46,858 nt of DNA from an uncultured Verrucomicrobiae bacterium (GTDB lineage Bacteria > Verrucomicrobiota > Verrucomicrobiia > Limisphaerales > JAFGQR01): positions 1 to 46,858 of the forward strand of contig CAWBHS010000066.1 in the NCBI GenBank assembly GCA_963788655.1, read 5' to 3'. Made by a program: the position numbers and the translations under genes. Below the pieces are notes generated by a model. It saw only the letters and a program-made list of their open reading frames with translations, was not told the DNA's origin and searched no databases. Positions 21,910-32,742 of this stretch are shown piece by piece (position 1 is the first letter of the stretch; every line of letters begins with the position of its first letter).

Positions 21910-23199
21910 ATGTCGCAACACGCCGCCCAAGCCCTCGCCTTTCTGAAAGGACTGGGAACGCCCCAGGACCTCGCCGCCCAAGCGCGCGCGGGCGGTCCGC
22001 CGATGGGGCGGTTGAAGGTCAACAGCCACATCCATCTGCCGCCGAATTTCTCCGCGTTTCAGACCGTCGCGCAGGCCCTCGAACTTTCCGCCGCCCAGGG
22101 CATCGGCGTGCTGGGCGTCAGCAACTATTACGACTACGATGTCTATGGCGACTTCGTGATGGGCGCCCGCCGCGCCGGCATCTTTCCCCTGTTTGGCCTC
22201 GAGATCATCTGCCTGATTGACGAACTGGTGAAGCGGGGCGTGAAGCTCAATGACCCCGGCAATCCCGGCAAGCTCTATCTCTGCGGCAAAGGCATCACGC
22301 GCTTTGCCCCGTTCAACGCCGAAGCTACCCGGTTGCTCGGTCTCATCCGCCACAACGACAGCACGCGCATACGCGAGGTTATCCGCAAACTGGCCGAAGT
22401 GCTCGCCCAACGCGGCTTGCCCGTCCCGCTGACGGAGGCCGACGTCATTGACATGGTCGCCCGGCGTCACGAATGCCCGCGCGAGCGCATCTATCTCCAG
22501 GAACGCCACGTCTGCCAGGCTTTTCAGGAAGCGATCTTCGCGAAGGTGCCAGTCGCCGAACGCCTCGAGAAACTCACCCGCGCGTTTGGCCTGGCGGCGC
22601 CGCCGAAGTTTGGCCCGGAGGAAGCTGTCAAAATCCAGAACGAGATTCGCGCCCAGCTCCTGAAAGCCGGCAAGCCGGCGTATGTGAATGAAACCTTCGT
22701 CAACTTTGAGCAAGCCTGGCGATTGATCCTCGAACTGGGTGGCATCCCCGCTTATCCCACGCTGGCCGACGGCACCAGCCCGATCTGCCCGTACGAGGAG
22801 CCGGTGGAGAAGTTGATCGCGGAACTCCAGGCGCGCGGGTTTGTCGCCGCCGAGTTCATCCCGATCCGCAACACGCCGGAAGTGTTGAGCCGCTACGTCA
22901 AAGCGATGCGCGCCGCCGGATTGGTGATCACCGCCGGCACGGAGCACAACACGCTCGACCTGCTACCCATCGAGCCGGCCTGTGTCAAGGGCGTGCCGGT
23001 GCCCGAGGACGTGAAGGGGATTTTCTGGGAAGGCGCCTGCGTCGTCGCGGCGCATCAGTTCCTGACGCGGCACGGGGAATGCGGTTTCGTGGACGCCCAG
23101 GGACGGCCCAATCCGAAGCACCCGGATGCGACGACTCGCATTGCGGCGTTCAAAGCGTTGGGCGAGTCCGTCATTCAGCGGTATTTGAAATCCAAGTAA
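21910..23199 (+). CDS. PHP-like metal-dependent phosphoesterase-fold protein of unknown function
   Basis: N-terminal NSHIHLP, GLEI and late TAGTEHN motifs resemble PHP metal ligands; sits within the operon. Confidence 0.65.
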   Translation: MSQHAAQALAFLKGLGTPQDLAAQARAGGPPMGRLKVNSHIHLPPNFSAFQTVAQALELSAAQGIGVLGVSNYYDYDVYGDFVMGARRAGIFPLFGLEIICLIDELVKRGVKLNDPGNPGKLYLCGKGITRFAPFNAEATRLLGLIRHNDSTRIREVIRKLAEVLAQRGLPVPLTEADVIDMVARRHECPRERIYLQERHVCQAFQEAIFAKVPVAERLEKLTRAFGLAAPPKFGPEEAVKIQNEIRAQLLKAGKPAYVNETFVNFEQAWRLILELGGIPAYPTLADGTSPICPYEEPVEKLIAELQARGFVAAEFIPIRNTPEVLSRYVKAMRAAGLVITAGTEHNTLDLLPIEPACVKGVPVPEDVKGIFWEGACVVAAHQFLTRHGECGFVDAQGRPNPKHPDATTRIAAFKALGESVIQRYLKSK

Positions 23200-23205
23200 A
23201 TTGTT

Positions 23206-25256
23206 ATGGCATCCAGCATTCAATGGCCCGTCTTTGCCGCCACCGACACGCCTATGGACGTGCTGGTGAAGCTCTCGCATTTCTATGGCGCAGACCCGGA
23301 GTTTGTCCTGGCCGGCGGCGGGAACACGTCCGTCAAGGTCGGCGACCGGTTGTTCGTCAAAGGGAGCGGACACGCCCTCGCCACCATGCCGCCCGAGGGA
23401 TTTGTTGAGCTGGATCGCCTGCAGCTTGAAGCCCTGTTGAACAGCAGGCTGTCCGAGGACCGAATGGCGCGCGAAGCGGAGTTCAAGGCCGCCACGCTGG
23501 CGGCGCGCGTTCACCCGGAGCAGAATCAGCGCCCGAGCGTCGAGGCGCTGCTGCATCATCTCATGCCGCGGCGTTACGTCGTTCACACCCACAGCACACT
23601 TGTGAACATGGTGACCTGCTGCGCCAAAGGACCGGAACTGGCCCGGCAACTGGCCAACGACGTGGTCTGGATTCCCGAAGTGGATCCGGGTTACATCCTC
23701 TCGCGCACCCTCCGGCAATCACTCCAGGATTTTCAGAAAGCCACGGGCCGCGATTGCCCGCGCGCGGTGCTCATGCAGAACCACGGGCTGGTCATTTGCG
23801 CCGATACGCCCGAGGAAATTCGCAGCCACACGGACTGGCTCGTCGCGACCCTCCGCGAGCAACTGGCGACCGCCGGCAACGCTCGGGCCTTCGGCCCAGT
23901 CACCACCCTCGAACCCGCGACCGCGCGCAAGCTCATCAACAGCATCGGCCCGGCTCTGCGCGGCCTGCTGGCGACGGGCGAGAACCTGAAGATCGTCACC
24001 TTCTCCGATGCGCCCGAAGTGCTGGACCTCGTGGGCGGCGCCGAAGGCAAAGCCATCGCCACCACCGGCCCAATCACCCCGGACCAGATCGTTTACTGCA
24101 AGTCGTTTCCGCTTTGGGTTGAACCCGCGCGCCGACGCCACCGCGTCCGCCTTGGTCGCGCAGCTTCGTCAGGCGATTGAGGGACATCGCGAAGAAGACC
24201 GGCGCGGCGCCGCACGTCATCCTGGTGAAGGGCCTCGGCATGTTCGCGCCGGCGACGACTTCGCCGCCGCCGACACCGTCCGTTTGGTGTACACCGACGC
24301 GATCAAGGTGATGGCCGGCGCGCGACGGCTCGGCGGGATCCGCTACATGGACCACGGCATGCGGAAGTTCATCGAGGATTGGGAGGTCGAGTCTTACCGC
24401 AAGTCCATCGGAGCGGCGGGGCGGGCAGCCGGGCGCGTGGCCGGCAAGGTGGCCCTGGTCACCGGCGCGGCCCAGGGATTCGGACTGGAGATTTCGCAGG
24501 ATCTGATTTCGCAGGGGGCGACGGTGGTGCTGACCGATGTCAACGCGCAGGGCGTGCAGGCGGCGGCGGATCGGATCAACGCGCAACTGGGCAAGCCCCG
24601 CGCGATGGGCTTGCCGATCAACGTTGCCGACAGCGCGTCGGTCGCTGAGGCGATTTACCAGGTCGTCCGCTGCTTCGGCGGGCTTGACGTATTCGTGTCG
24701 AACGCCGGCGTGCTCAGGGCGGGCAGCGTGAAGACGCAGCCGGAGAAGGATTTCGACTTCGTCACCGCCGTGAACTACAAGGGCTACTTCGTGTGCGTGC
24801 AGAAGGCCGCGCCGATCCTGGCCACGCAGCACCTGGCCAAGGCCGGATTATCCTCGGACATCATCCAGATCAACTCCAAGTCCGGCCTGGTCGGGCTCGA
24901 ACCGCAACGGCGCCTACGCCGGCAGCAAGTTCGGCGGCATCGGCCTGACGCAGTCCTTCGCGCTGGAACTGGTCGAGGACGGCATCAAGGTCAACGCCAT
25001 CTGCCCCGGCAACTTCTTCGACGGCCCGCTGTGGTCGGACCCGGAGAACGGGCTGTTCGTGCAGTACCTGCGCAGCGGCAAGGTGCCGGGCGCCAAGACG
25101 ATCGACGACGTGAAGCGCTTCTACGAGGCGAAGGTGCCGATGGGCCGCGGCTGCACCACGGCGGACGTGATGAAGGCGATCTATTATCTGATCGAGCAGC
25201 AATACGAGACCGGCCAGGCCGTGCCCGTGACCGGCGGCCAGGTGATGCTGGCGTAG
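23206..25256 (+). CDS. Class II aldolase (RhaD-like) fused to an SDR of the sorbitol-6-phosphate dehydrogenase (SrlD) type; frameshifted near 24130-24250 and 24900
   Basis: GGGNTSVK, RPSVEALLH, VHTHS, MQNHGL; then TGAAQGFG, SNAGV, INSKSG, YAGSKFGG, CPGNFFDGPLW, TGQAVPVTGGQVM. Confidence 0.85.
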
Positions 25257-25321
25257 GGTGCGTCTTCGACTGATGAACAACCAGGACTGCCCCGCTGAAC
25301 TACAGTAACCAAGCAAAGAAC

Positions 25322-26964
25322 ATGACCATGGCAAACACAAGCCATCCCCCAACCCAATACGCCGTGCAACTCGTCGGCCCCGGCCAGCTCAAGCTCAATC
25401 CCGCCAAGGAAGTCCCCCGACCCGGGCCCGCACCAGATTCTCGCCAAGGTCGAAGGCGTGGGCCTTTGCTTCTCCGATCTCAAGCTGCTGAAGCAGTTCG
25501 ACCAGCATCCCCGCAAGAGCGAGGTCGTCCAAGGGCTGAGTGCCGAGGCCTTGCAGGAGATGCCCAACTACGTTCCCGGGCGCAAGCCCACGGTGCCGGG
25601 CCACGAGGTCGTCTGCCGGATCGTCGCGGTCGGCGACAAGGTCAAGCAGCACCAGGTTGGCGAGCGGTGCCTGGTGCAGACCGACTACCGCGACTTGCCC
25701 ACCGCCGGCTCGGCCGCCGCCTTCGGCTACAATTTCGAAGGCGCGCTTCAGGAATACGTCCTGATGGACGAGCGCGTGGTGATTGACAAATCCGGGCGAG
25801 CGCTTTCTCATCCCGGTGAACGAGGAACTCGCCGCGTCGGCCGTGGCGCTGGTGGAGCCCTGGGCGTGCGTCGAGGATTCCTACGTCACGGTGGAACGCC
25901 AGGCCATCAAGGCCGGCGGCCGGCTGCTGATTGTCGCCGACAACCCGGCCACGATCCAGACTCGAAGGCCTCCCTGGCGAAGCCGCGGGTAAACCCGGCG
26001 AGGTGCTCCGGAAGACTCCCGCCGAGGCCGGCTCCGTGGCCAACGAGTCCTGCGACGACATCGTCTACTTCGGCGCTGACAAGGCGACGCTCGAAATCCT
26101 CAACGACAAGCTGGCCGCGCGCGGCATCATCAATATCGTCCTGGGCGGGCAGGCAGATCGGCGCCCCGGTGTCCATCGGCGTCGGGCGGGTGCACTACGG
26201 CATGACGCGCTGGATCGGCACGACCGGCGGCGACCCCGCCGAGTCGTACAAGAATATTCCGCCCACCGGCGAGATTCGCGAGAACGACAGCGTCCTCGTC
26301 GTCGGCGCCGGCGGTCCAATGGGCCAGATGCACGTCATCCGCGCCGTCTGCTCGGGGATCAAGAACATCTCCGTCGTCGGCACGGACATGGACGACGCGC
26401 GCCTCGCGTCGATCCTGAAGAAGGCCGAGCCGTTCGCGGACGCCAACGGTGTGACCGTGAGGCTGGTCAACACCGCCAAGACGCCGCTGACCGACCGGTT
26501 CACCTATTCGCGCTGATGGCCCCAGTGCCCGCTCTGGTTGCCAACAGCATCCGCGACAGCCGACCCGGCTGCATCATCAACATCTTCGCCGGCATCCCCG
26601 CGCCGACGAAGCACGAGCTGGACCTCGACACCTACATCGCCAACCGCTGCTTCATGTTCGGCACCAGCGGCTCGACGATTCGCGACATGCAGATCGTGCT
26701 GCAGAAGGTTACCTCGGGCCAGCTCAACACCAACTGCTCCGTGGACGCCGTCAGCGGCATGGCCGGGGCGATCGAGGGCATCGCGGCGGTCGAGAACCGC
26801 ACGCTGGCGGGCAAGATCATCGTCTATCCGATGCTGCACGACATCGGGCTTGATCCCGCTGCGCAAACCTGCACCAGCCTTTCCCGACGGTTGCCGCGAA
26901 GCTCGACAATGGCCAATGGACAAAGGCCGCCGAGGAAGAACTCCTCCGGGTGGCCGGAAGATAG
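25322..26964 (+). CDS. Elongated Zn-dependent MDR dehydrogenase (L-sorbose-1-phosphate-reductase-like); several apparent indels
   Basis: GLCFSDLK, PGHE, LVEPWACV, VGAGGPMGQMH, GTSGS, GKIIVYP; ends ...EEELLRVAGR* at 26964. Confidence 0.8.
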
Positions 26965-26970
26965 GACACG

Positions 26971-28248
26971 TTGAACGCCAAGACCTTTGTCGGCTTCGGT
27001 TTCGGCCCCATCCAAAGCGCCCTCTTTCTTTACGAGGCGTTCCGGTCCGGCCATTTTGCCCGCTTCGTCATTGCCGAAGTGGATGCCGGCATCGTTCAGG
27101 CCATCCGATCGGCCGGGGGCTGCTACACCATCAACATCGCGCTCGCCGACCGCGTCGAACCCGCGACGATCTCCGGGGTCGAACTCTACAATCCCGCGGT
27201 TCCAGAAGACCGTCAGCAGCTCCTGCAAGCGGTCGCCGAGAGCGATGAACTGGCCACTTCGCTTCCCAGCGTTGCCTTCTACGACAGGGGAGGGCACACC
27301 AGCGTGGCTCGCCTGCTGGCGGATGGGTTCTCCCTCCGCACCGCCTGCCGCCCCACCATCATCTACACCGCGGAGAACCACAACCACGCCGCCGAACTCC
27401 TTCGCGAATCCGTCGCGAAGTATTGCCCGCCTGCGGCTCTCCGGGACACCCAGTTCCTGAACACCGTCATCGGCAAGATGTCCGGCGTCATCAGCGACTC
27501 CGCCACGCTGGCGAAACTGGACCTCGCGACGATGACTCCCGCTACCCCCAAGGCGGTGCTCGTCGAGGAATTCAACCGCATCCTCATCTCGCAAATCACG
27601 CTCCCCGGTTTTACGCGAGGGATCAACGTCTTCATCGAAAAGCCCGACCTGCTGCCCTTCGAGGAAGCCAAACTATACGGACACAACGCCATCCATGCGC
27701 TCATCGGTTTCCTGGGAGCGCGCCGCGGCTTGACCAGCATGTCCGAGGCGGCCGCACATCCTGACCTGATGGCCACCGCCCGGGCCGCGTTTCTCGATGA
27801 ATCCGGCGTCGCCCTGATCCGCAAGCACGCCACTCTCGGCGATCCCCTCTTCACTCCGGCTGGCTATGCGACTTACGCCCACGACCTGCTGGCCCGCATG
27901 GTTCGCCCCACCCTCAACGACCTCATCGCTCGCGTCACCCGCGACCAGGTTCGCAAACTCGGCTACGACGACCGTTTTTTCGGCACCATGCGACTCGCCC
28001 TGAGCTGCGGAGTTCGTCCAACCCACCTTGCCCAAGGCGCGGCGGCGGCGTTCCTCTCACTGCTGGACCAATGGGATTCTCTCGGGCAGGCCGTCGCGCT
28101 GCTGCCGCGTCCAACGCGGCCCGTCTCACGGGAGTCTTTCGGCAACCTTCTTCGCGCGATTTGGTCCGTGAAATCCGGCCCGGAAGCCGTCAACCTCTTG
28201 GATCTGACTTGGGAAGCTGTGATGTCTTGCCAGCCCGCGATACAGTAG
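26971..28248 (+). CDS. Mannitol dehydrogenase/MtlD-like polyol-phosphate dehydrogenase
   Basis: GFGFGPIQ Rossmann motif, YTAEN, KLYGHNAIHA (KxxxxNxxH), D..ARVTRD..RKL...DRF. Confidence 0.78.
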   Translation: MNAKTFVGFGFGPIQSALFLYEAFRSGHFARFVIAEVDAGIVQAIRSAGGCYTINIALADRVEPATISGVELYNPAVPEDRQQLLQAVAESDELATSLPSVAFYDRGGHTSVARLLADGFSLRTACRPTIIYTAENHNHAAELLRESVAKYCPPAALRDTQFLNTVIGKMSGVISDSATLAKLDLATMTPATPKAVLVEEFNRILISQITLPGFTRGINVFIEKPDLLPFEEAKLYGHNAIHALIGFLGARRGLTSMSEAAAHPDLMATARAAFLDESGVALIRKHATLGDPLFTPAGYATYAHDLLARMVRPTLNDLIARVTRDQVRKLGYDDRFFGTMRLALSCGVRPTHLAQGAAAAFLSLLDQWDSLGQAVALLPRPTRPVSRESFGNLLRAIWSVKSGPEAVNLLDLTWEAVMSCQPAIQ

Positions 28249-28403
28249 ATTAAAAATCTGCGCTGCACCTGGGGGTGGTTTCCAGCGGCCCGGTTGCGTG
28301 CAAAGCTGCGTGTAAGGGACAGAGCAAGCTCCGCGCATTCCAATCGCTTGGCGATTTTTGGCGACCTTCAAAACCCGTGTCACGGTTGCTGCCGTCGATT
28401 TCA

Positions 28404-31172
28404 TCACTCCGGCTTTTCCAACTGCAGATCGTCCAAATAAAACACCGCATCCGCTGCCGCCGTGCTGGAAAATCCCAGCCAGTGCAATTCCGTGAAATCC
28501 TTGCCGCTCATTATCAGGTCCGGGAAGACTTGCGGGGGCTCACCACGCGGAACCAAGGTCAGCTTGAAAGTGTGCGGCGCGGCCTTACCAACACCGGCTT
28601 CAATGGCCACGTGAATCCACTTCCCTACCGGCACCGTGGCCAACACCTTGCCGTTCACCCGCACTTGGCCGTTTTCCGAAAAGTTCACACTCGGGCCAAC
28701 GTTTTGCGGATACGCGGTCGAGTCCCGCCACTCGGTGAAGAACTGCGTGTTGGCGCCGATCCACACGTCGAAGCTTTGCCGCAACCGGCCCTGGGTGAAA
28801 TGCGGCTCGTAATAGAAATGCGGCTGCCACGTGGGCTGGAGTTCCCTGGAATCGGTAATTTTCAAGCTGTGCCTGCCGGTCGCCGCCCGTTCGTCCGTGA
28901 CACGAATCGACGCGCCTTTCTCTTCACCACTCACGTGCGCTTGGGCCGGAGGATTGCCAACTGGCGTGTTCTCAAAACCATCGTTCACTTCCCGCGGTTG
29001 GGGCGGCGGAGGCGGTGCGGGTAATGGATGATGCGGACATTGCGAATGATTGGCTTCGTTTACCCAGGCCGCGTCGCCATAGAGCCCCACGTGGCTGATG
29101 TCGATGCGGTGGAAGCCAAGCTCGAGCGCCGGGGAACCGGGCTTTAACTGGAAGTCGGCCGCCGCCGCGTTCACGAATTTCGGATCGGCCACCCGCGAGT
29201 GGCGGTCCAATCCCAGCGCCTGCCACTCGGCAAAGCTGCGGCGGTAAAAACGCAGGTGGTCCGCGCCACGAGTGTCCCAGTAGAGATTGTCGTCCCAGTC
29301 ACCGAGCGATTCGTGCGCCGCCAGGCGTTCCTTGAGCGAGCGTTCGCCATAAGGAATGAACAGCTCGCCTTGCGTGAGATACACAACGTTGCGGCGAAAC
29401 GTGCTGGGCCGCTTTTCCGAATACGGCCAGAGGGCCTGGTTGGCTGATAGGGCAAAAATATTGTTGCGGATGATGTGTTCGTGCCCGCCGTTATTGAACA
29501 TCAAGCCGCCGCTCAGCGTGTTGTAAACCAGGTTGCTTTCCACCAGGTAATTCCCGCACTGCGCATCGAGGTAAATGCCCCAACCAAACGCCGGTTTGTC
29601 GTAAGGCCAAATGTCGTGGAAGACATTATTGCGAATGACGCTGCCCGGCGAAACGCCCAGACAATAAATGAGCCCCGCGTCACTCAGCACGCCATGCACC
29701 AGATTGTGGACGTGGTTGAACTCGATGACATTATCGTGAGTGCGATTCGGTTCCAGCCCCCAGTTCCAGCCCATGCTGATTCCAGAGTAGAGCAAGTCGT
29801 GAATATCATTGTGCGAAATCCGATTGTGACTGCTTTGGGCAACCCAGATGCCCACGCCCGCGGCATACACGTGGCCGCCGTCGAAAATGTGATTGTTATC
29901 GACCACATTTTGGCTCGACTCGGCCACGTCCGTCTTGGCCATCCGATCCTCACCGACGCGAATGCCGCCGGCGCCCAAATCAAACAGGCGATTGTGCTGA
30001 AGGCGACAGTCCTTGCAGCCGCGCCGCAACCATACGCCATACGTGCCGATGTGCGCCACCTCGCAGCCTTCAATCGCGCAGTGCAGCGCGCCGTCCGCCA
30101 TCACCGCTGCCGGCACTTCAACCGCCGCTTGCGTGCTGCTGTTGCCCTTCGGATCGAGCAGCCAATCGGCGTGATGGAACGTCAGATTCTTGAGCGTTAC
30201 GTATTGCACGAAGCGTCCTTCATCCGCGTTGCCGGCCAACCGCACCAACTCGGGTAATACCGGCGCCACGACTTGGATTTCGTCCATCCGTTCTCCGGGC
30301 ATCGGCCAATAGGTCAGCACGCCGGTCTCGCGGTTGAGATACCATTCGCCGGGTTCATCGAGCAGTTCGCGCGCGTTCTCGACGTAGTATCTTTGGTTTG
30401 TCTCCCAATACCCAATGCTCCACCATTCCTTCAGCGGCGCCACGAAGTGAACGATGTTTTGCGTGGGGTCCACCGACTGCAGCGGATGCCGGGAGGTTTC
30501 CCAGGAATGCATCAACACCACCTCCGCATCGTGCAACCGCGCCCAAGGTTGAAGGTCGCCCGGCGTGAATTCAAATTGGTCGCGCGCAATCGGTTTGGAC
30601 CGAGGATCGGGCGGTCCAGGAATCAACCGGGTGATCCGGAAATAACCGCTATTCGGCGAACGGGCTCGTTGCCGGCGCGATGGGCCAGCATCCCCGGTAA
30701 CAAACAACTGCCGAAAATACCATTTGCCAGCCTTCACCTCCGGCAAATCGCACTCCCAAACCGGCCCGTTCTGCCGCCAACCCTTAATGACTTTGCCGCC
30801 GCTCAAAACCGGATGTTCGTTGGCGTAGGCGGCATAGACCACTGGCGCGTTGGCCGTCCCGGAATCCTGTGGCGCCAACACAAACGGTTCCGCCAGCCGA
30901 TACACGCCACCGCGCATGAGGACCGTAATGGGCCCGAGTGTTTCGGCCGCTTCCGCCCGCAAGTGGCGGATGGCATCGCGCGCGCCGGTCAGCGTCGCCA
31001 ACGGTCCGTCAGTGAGCGCCGCATTGGGTGCGGCCAGTTTGCCGGACCATTGGTTGTTGCCGTTGGTGGCCACGTAGAGGTTGACGGGCCCGGGCGCTGC
31101 CACGGACGCGAGGCAGAGAGCGATGACAAATGCTCCGGCCAGCAGGTTGCTTTTAATAGTTACGGCATGCAT
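28404..31172 (-). CDS. Secreted right-handed parallel beta-helix protein (GH141/pectate-lyase-like fold) with C-terminal carbohydrate-binding-like domain
   Basis: Signal peptide; LYVATNGNNQWSG, GPLATLTGARDAIR, LLDEPGEWY, repeated I.HN.IHD / IEFNHVH / IRNNVFHD, GIYLD. Confidence 0.85.
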   Translation of the reverse strand: MHAVTIKSNLLAGAFVIALCLASVAAPGPVNLYVATNGNNQWSGKLAAPNAALTDGPLATLTGARDAIRHLRAEAAETLGPITVLMRGGVYRLAEPFVLAPQDSGTANAPVVYAAYANEHPVLSGGKVIKGWRQNGPVWECDLPEVKAGKWYFRQLFVTGDAGPSRRQRARSPNSGYFRITRLIPGPPDPRSKPIARDQFEFTPGDLQPWARLHDAEVVLMHSWETSRHPLQSVDPTQNIVHFVAPLKEWWSIGYWETNQRYYVENARELLDEPGEWYLNRETGVLTYWPMPGERMDEIQVVAPVLPELVRLAGNADEGRFVQYVTLKNLTFHHADWLLDPKGNSSTQAAVEVPAAVMADGALHCAIEGCEVAHIGTYGVWLRRGCKDCRLQHNRLFDLGAGGIRVGEDRMAKTDVAESSQNVVDNNHIFDGGHVYAAGVGIWVAQSSHNRISHNDIHDLLYSGISMGWNWGLEPNRTHDNVIEFNHVHNLVHGVLSDAGLIYCLGVSPGSVIRNNVFHDIWPYDKPAFGWGIYLDAQCGNYLVESNLVYNTLSGGLMFNNGGHEHIIRNNIFALSANQALWPYSEKRPSTFRRNVVYLTQGELFIPYGERSLKERLAAHESLGDWDDNLYWDTRGADHLRFYRRSFAEWQALGLDRHSRVADPKFVNAAAADFQLKPGSPALELGFHRIDISHVGLYGDAAWVNEANHSQCPHHPLPAPPPPPQPREVNDGFENTPVGNPPAQAHVSGEEKGASIRVTDERAATGRHSLKITDSRELQPTWQPHFYYEPHFTQGRLRQSFDVWIGANTQFFTEWRDSTAYPQNVGPSVNFSENGQVRVNGKVLATVPVGKWIHVAIEAGVGKAAPHTFKLTLVPRGEPPQVFPDLIMSGKDFTELHWLGFSSTAAADAVFYLDDLQLEKPE

Positions 31173-31648
31173 GATCGTGTCAGGAATTCGCGATGTGAAT
31201 AGCGTCATTTTGCTGGAAAGACGATAGCAAAAGATTGCGGAGATGGCCCGGTTGGATGTCTTCATTCCAGTTTGAACTTAGATCCTCGCGCGTAAATCTT
31301 GGATGCTTGGTCTTTTGCGTTGCGTTACACCGACACCATCCGGAGCAAGACTCACCGCCATAACGAAATCGATCTGGTCCAGCCCGCGCGAGGAATCAAA
31401 TTCCATCAGCGGCAAGTTCTTCCAAGAACCAACGGCCGCCCCGGCAAAATGAGAACCAGGGCGTTCCGCCATCTGGGCGCAAGGGAACTCGACCGCTTGA
31501 CTTTCCGCCCCGTCAGTTACGGTCATTGCCGCCGGACAACATGTTAACTCCGGCTGACTTGCGGAATAAGGACGACGGGGCAGCCGGCCCCTCTTCCGGT
31601 TCCGGCTTGCCTGGCGGCACAGCAGACGCTAACACCGAACCAGCACGG

Positions 31649-32596
31649 ATGAATGCAGATTCGAAAATCTATGTGGCGGGTCACCGAGGCTTGGTGGGCA
31701 GCGCGCTTTGTCGGGAACTTCAGCGTCAGGGATATCCCAACCTGGTGGTTCGGTCCCGGCAGGAACTCGATCTATTGAACCCCGACGAAGTGCGCCGTTT
31801 CTTCAAAGAGACGCAACCGGAGTTTATCTTCGACGCGGCCGCGCGCGTTGGCGGTATTTGGGCCAATGACCATTATCCGGCGGAGTTCATTTATCAGAAT
31901 CTCCAGATTCAGACCAACCTCATCCACTGCGCCCACGAATGCGATGTGCGTAAAGTGCTCTTCCTGGGCAGTTCGTGCATTTATCCCAAACTGGCCCCGC
32001 AACCGCTCAAAGAGGAGTATCTGCTGTCCGGCCCGCTGGAACCGACCAACCAGTGGTATGCCATCGCGAAAATCGTCGGCATCAAGATGTGCCAGGCCTA
32101 CCGCCGGCAATACGGCAGCGACTTGGTCAGCGTCATGCCGACGAATTTGTATGGGCCCGGCGACAATTACGATCCGCAAAGCTCGCACGTCTTGCCGGCG
32201 CTGATCCGCAAGTTTCACGAAGCCAAAACCGAGAAGGCAGCCCAGGTGGTATGCTGGGGATCCGGATCGCCGCGGCGGGAATTCCTTTATGTGGATGACT
32301 TGGCCCGAGCCTGCATCTTTCTGATGCAACAATACAGCGACGAGGAGATTATCAACGTCGGCTTTGGCACGGACCTGACCATCCGGGAACTGGCTGAAAC
32401 GGTTGCCCGAACCATTGGTTACGATGGCGCAATCGTGTGGGACACGTCGAAGCCCGACGGCACCCCCCGCAAACTGCTGGATAGCTCGCGAATGTTTGCT
32501 CTGGGTTGGCGGCCTCAAATCGATTTACCGGCCGGCATCAAACTGGCCTACGAAGATTTCCTGCGCCGCCAGGACAGAGCCCGGCGGGCGGCTTAG
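31649..32596 (+). CDS. fcl: GDP-L-fucose synthase
   Basis: [70 protein letters not shown]. Confidence 0.96.
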   Translation: MNADSKIYVAGHRGLVGSALCRELQRQGYPNLVVRSRQELDLLNPDEVRRFFKETQPEFIFDAAARVGGIWANDHYPAEFIYQNLQIQTNLIHCAHECDVRKVLFLGSSCIYPKLAPQPLKEEYLLSGPLEPTNQWYAIAKIVGIKMCQAYRRQYGSDLVSVMPTNLYGPGDNYDPQSSHVLPALIRKFHEAKTEKAAQVVCWGSGSPRREFLYVDDLARACIFLMQQYSDEEIINVGFGTDLTIRELAETVARTIGYDGAIVWDTSKPDGTPRKLLDSSRMFALGWRPQIDLPAGIKLAYEDFLRRQDRARRAA

Positions 32597-32742
32597 CACG
32601 AATAGCGACAACCTTGCCCGCTGGCAGCGTTTCAAAATGGGAGGTTTGTGGCCCGGATTACCCCAAGCGCCTGCTTGGTTCACGACCCGAGCCTACACCT
32701 CCGGACAGTTCTCTCTGATTCGGGACAGTCAGGGCGGCTGTC

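Noticed and set aside
23130..23199. C-terminal amphipathic helix of the PHP-like protein as a BMC encapsulation peptide
   Set aside because: No disordered linker precedes it and the match to encapsulation peptides is weak. No convincing encapsulation peptide was seen on any cluster enzyme, which counts against encapsulation.
31280..31400. 10-bp inverted repeat TCCTCGCGCG / CGCGCGAGGA suggesting an ncRNA
   Set aside because: Short, GC-rich and about 100 bp apart, with no further support for a structure.
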